Assembly (NCBI GenBank): GCA_039802265.1
Contig: JBDRWI010000016.1
Coordinates: 1-39,165 of the forward strand
Direction: 5' to 3'
DNA: 39,165 nt
Source: a candidate division WOR-3 bacterium
GTDB lineage: Bacteria; Hydrothermota; Tepidihabitantia; SM23-42; JAOAFX01
Shown in pieces: positions 36,831 to 39,165 of the stretch (its first letter is position 1; every line of letters begins with the position of its first letter). Both the position numbers and the translations under genes were made by a program. The notes beneath the pieces were generated by a model, which was given only the letters and a program-made list of their open reading frames with translations, ran no database searches and was not told the DNA's origin.

Positions 36831-37775
36831 TTAATAAAAAAGCAGATCAAAAAGATACTCGCCGTCGGCATCCGGTAGGCAGGCAGTGTTCTTCTTTTTC
36901 ACCGTACCGTAAATTAAATATTTATTATCCAAGGCAATCTTTTTGACTTCTTCCTTATTTAATTCGTGTATTTTAAATTTCTTTTCACAGGCTACATTCT
37001 TTAAAAACTCCTCAATTGATACCGAATCTTTTATTATCTCATTCTTTATCGTCCCTTCTGGATAGAGGACTACATTTGCGCCTTTCTTTCGCAAAATCTC
37101 GGAAAATACAAAATCAGTTAAATTTTTACCTTCAAGACTGACCTTCTTTGATAGAGTGCTATTCAATAGCCTATAAAAGTTTTTTATTCTATGAACTGCC
37201 ACACTGTCTGGTTTTATCTCAAGCCTCTTGGCGGTTGTATCCTGTAAAATTCTCTCTTTGATAATAAAACTTATGAGGGCGGGTGGGAAGGAAAGTGTCT
37301 TATTATCAACAACCCAGAGCACATCGCATCTCTCTTTCACCAATGCCAGTTTGGTCTGTTCGGCAATTGTCAGGGAATCCTTATTCTTACTGAAGATTCC
37401 GAATCTAATACCTTCGTAATTCTTTATTCCATAACCTAAATTCAATGGAACAGAAAAGAAGTTGTACCCATAAACCGGATAATTGGTAATCAAGTAATCC
37501 AGGGCGAATTCGTTTAATAACTGATAGAATCCAAGACGCTGAAAAATCTGAGGCATAAATGGGGTGTCATAATTCAAATATCCTACCTTTAGTCCCTTAG
37601 CATCCTTCACCCCGGCAAGAAGTGGGATTTCGTTCTGAATATCTTTATAGAGAGAGGCGAGATAGACGACTTCAATCTTTGTTGTCTTCACCACCGGCCG
37701 TTTTGGGCAGTTAAGGGTGAGAAAGAGAATAGTCATAAAGGAGAGGAATTTGAAAATGTCAATTTCAGTCTTCAT
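36831..37775 (-). CDS. Lipoprotein, degenerate 5'-nucleotidase-like
   Basis: Lipobox-like LTLNC; remnant motifs LNEFALDYLITN, EGIRFGIF, CDVLWVV and NVVLYPEGTIK...VSIEEF. Confidence 0.55.
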   Translation of the reverse strand: MKTEIDIFKFLSFMTILFLTLNCPKRPVVKTTKIEVVYLASLYKDIQNEIPLLAGVKDAKGLKVGYLNYDTPFMPQIFQRLGFYQLLNEFALDYLITNYPVYGYNFFSVPLNLGYGIKNYEGIRFGIFSKNKDSLTIAEQTKLALVKERCDVLWVVDNKTLSFPPALISFIIKERILQDTTAKRLEIKPDSVAVHRIKNFYRLLNSTLSKKVSLEGKNLTDFVFSEILRKKGANVVLYPEGTIKNEIIKDSVSIEEFLKNVACEKKFKIHELNKEEVKKIALDNKYLIYGTVKKKNTACLPDADGEYLFDLLFY

Positions 37776-37780
37776 ACTTT

Positions 37781-37808
37781 ATTATAGCGATTCGTTAACA
37801 ATTGTCAA
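37781..37808 (-). promoter_or_regulatory. Consensus promoter (leaderless type) of the lipoprotein-FecR-btu operon
   Basis: TTGACA-16 nt-TATAAT-5 nt-ATG. Confidence 0.75.
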
Positions 37809-38037
37809 CATCCTGTGCCGAATGGCTCAAGAATTCTTCCACATATTCCTGAGCCAGATGAAGGTCGTTTTCATCAACCAGGACTTCACCCCAGCCACCT
37901 TCCATTACTTTTGGTAGACCATCAAGCCAGGTAGTTTCAAATCTCTTGATTAGTGCGTCAATCTTGCGACTTATTAACATCTCTCTGATAGTAATCGCTG
38001 TAAATTCGTCAGGTGCAAGAAATACCCTTTTGAGCAT
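37795..38037 (-). CDS. DUF2007-like small protein
   Basis: 80 aa; pattern A..IR.ML....I and GEVLV.E.D...A. Confidence 0.7.
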   Translation of the reverse strand: MLKRVFLAPDEFTAITIREMLISRKIDALIKRFETTWLDGLPKVMEGGWGEVLVDENDLHLAQEYVEEFLSHSAQDVDNC

Positions 38038-38043
38038 TATACC

Positions 38044-38071
38044 ATTATAAAGAAAAAATAATTGAAGTCAA
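38044..38071 (-). promoter_or_regulatory. DUF2007 promoter (leaderless type)
   Basis: TTGACT-16 nt-TATAAT-6 nt-ATG. Confidence 0.7.
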
Positions 38072-38083
38072 CTCATTTAATTC

Positions 38084-38111
38084 TTGATTTTTTAATTTTT
38101 TTTGATATAAT
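38084..38111 (+). promoter_or_regulatory. atp operon promoter
   Basis: TTGATT-16 nt-TATAAT with TGn extension, 8 nt before the ATG; no SD sequence. Confidence 0.65.
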
Positions 38112-38119
38112 CTTAAACT

Positions 38120-38920
38120 ATGCATATATCCATTGCTGCTGAAGAGTTATTCAGGATAGGAAACTTCCCGGTAACAAATTCTCTTATCGTTACTTATCTT
38201 ACAATTCTATTATTTGTAATCATCATCATTCTGGTGAAAAGGCGTATCATTCCGGTTGGTATTCAGAATGTCGTGGAATATATAATGGAATATTTTTATA
38301 ACCTTGTCTGTGAGGTCTTTGGTAGCGAAGAAAAAGGCAGGAAGTTCTTCCCTCTGGTGATGACGATATTTTTGTTTGTTTTGATAATAAACTGGTTCGG
38401 ACTCTTACCCGGTGTTGGTTCTATCGGATTTTACCGGGAGGTTCCGGCTCATGCAGAGCAGATTGAACAAAAGGGCAATACAGGTGAGGAATCCCATTCT
38501 CCTGAGATTAAAGAACACAGGGAATTCGTGCCTCTATTTAGGGGTGCTTCTGCAGACCTTAATACGACCCTTGCCCTGGCATTGATATCGGTGATATTTA
38601 CTCAGATTTATAGCATTCAGGTTCTGGGATTTAAGGGATTCCTGAAAAGGTTCATTAAGTTAAAAAATCCAATTATGTTCTTTGTCGGGATACTGGAATT
38701 GATTGCGGAGATTGCAAAGATAATTTCATTCTCTTTTCGTCTCTTTGGAAATATATTTGCAGGTGAGGTCCTTTTGACCGTGATGTTATTTTTATTGCCT
38801 TTTGTCGTGCCTTTGCCCTTTCTCGCCCTTGAGATTTTTGTGGGTTTGATTCAGGCAATAATATTTTCTTTTTTGACTTTATTTTTTATAAAAATTGCAA
38901 CTACTGAAGAGGAACATTGA
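38120..38920 (+). CDS. atpB: F0F1 ATP synthase subunit a
   Basis: QNVVE, NWFGLLPG, ADLNTTLALA, SFSFRLFGNIFAGE, IQAIIF. Confidence 0.97.
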   Translation: MHISIAAEELFRIGNFPVTNSLIVTYLTILLFVIIIILVKRRIIPVGIQNVVEYIMEYFYNLVCEVFGSEEKGRKFFPLVMTIFLFVLIINWFGLLPGVGSIGFYREVPAHAEQIEQKGNTGEESHSPEIKEHREFVPLFRGASADLNTTLALALISVIFTQIYSIQVLGFKGFLKRFIKLKNPIMFFVGILELIAEIAKIISFSFRLFGNIFAGEVLLTVMLFLLPFVVPLPFLALEIFVGLIQAIIFSFLTLFFIKIATTEEEH

Positions 38921-38921
38921 G

Positions 38922-39165
<244 letters not shown>

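Overview
Bacterial chromosomal window of about 40% GC. Gene style suggests an FCB-group, WOR-3-like lineage, but this is inference. The left ~25 kb is a cluster of seven secreted proteins with T9SS/FlgD-Ig-like C-terminal sorting tails: a Kp43-like S8 protease, a C25 gingipain-like protease, a BNR propeller protein, an S8 homologue that has lost its whole catalytic triad, a beta-helix protein, an Ig-like protein and a triple-disrupted M4/M36-like metalloprotease. The cluster also holds a divergent regulator (transposase-type HTH, TPRs and a SARP/BTAD module), a stand-alone MshEN-like protein coupled to the dead S8, and a small beta-barrel OMP. The right ~14 kb is mostly housekeeping: polA, TonB-dependent receptor, HU, sigma-54 response regulator, BtuFCD-like ABC transporter, FecR-domain protein, a degenerate 5'-nucleotidase-like lipoprotein, DUF2007, atpB and atpE. 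Non-coding highlights are five apparently leaderless genes with 16-bp-spacer promoters, a twice-repeated heptamer array plus hairpin just ahead of RBSs, and a palindrome-dense 420-bp region between convergent genes. No rRNA, tRNA, CRISPR array or intact mobile element was seen.
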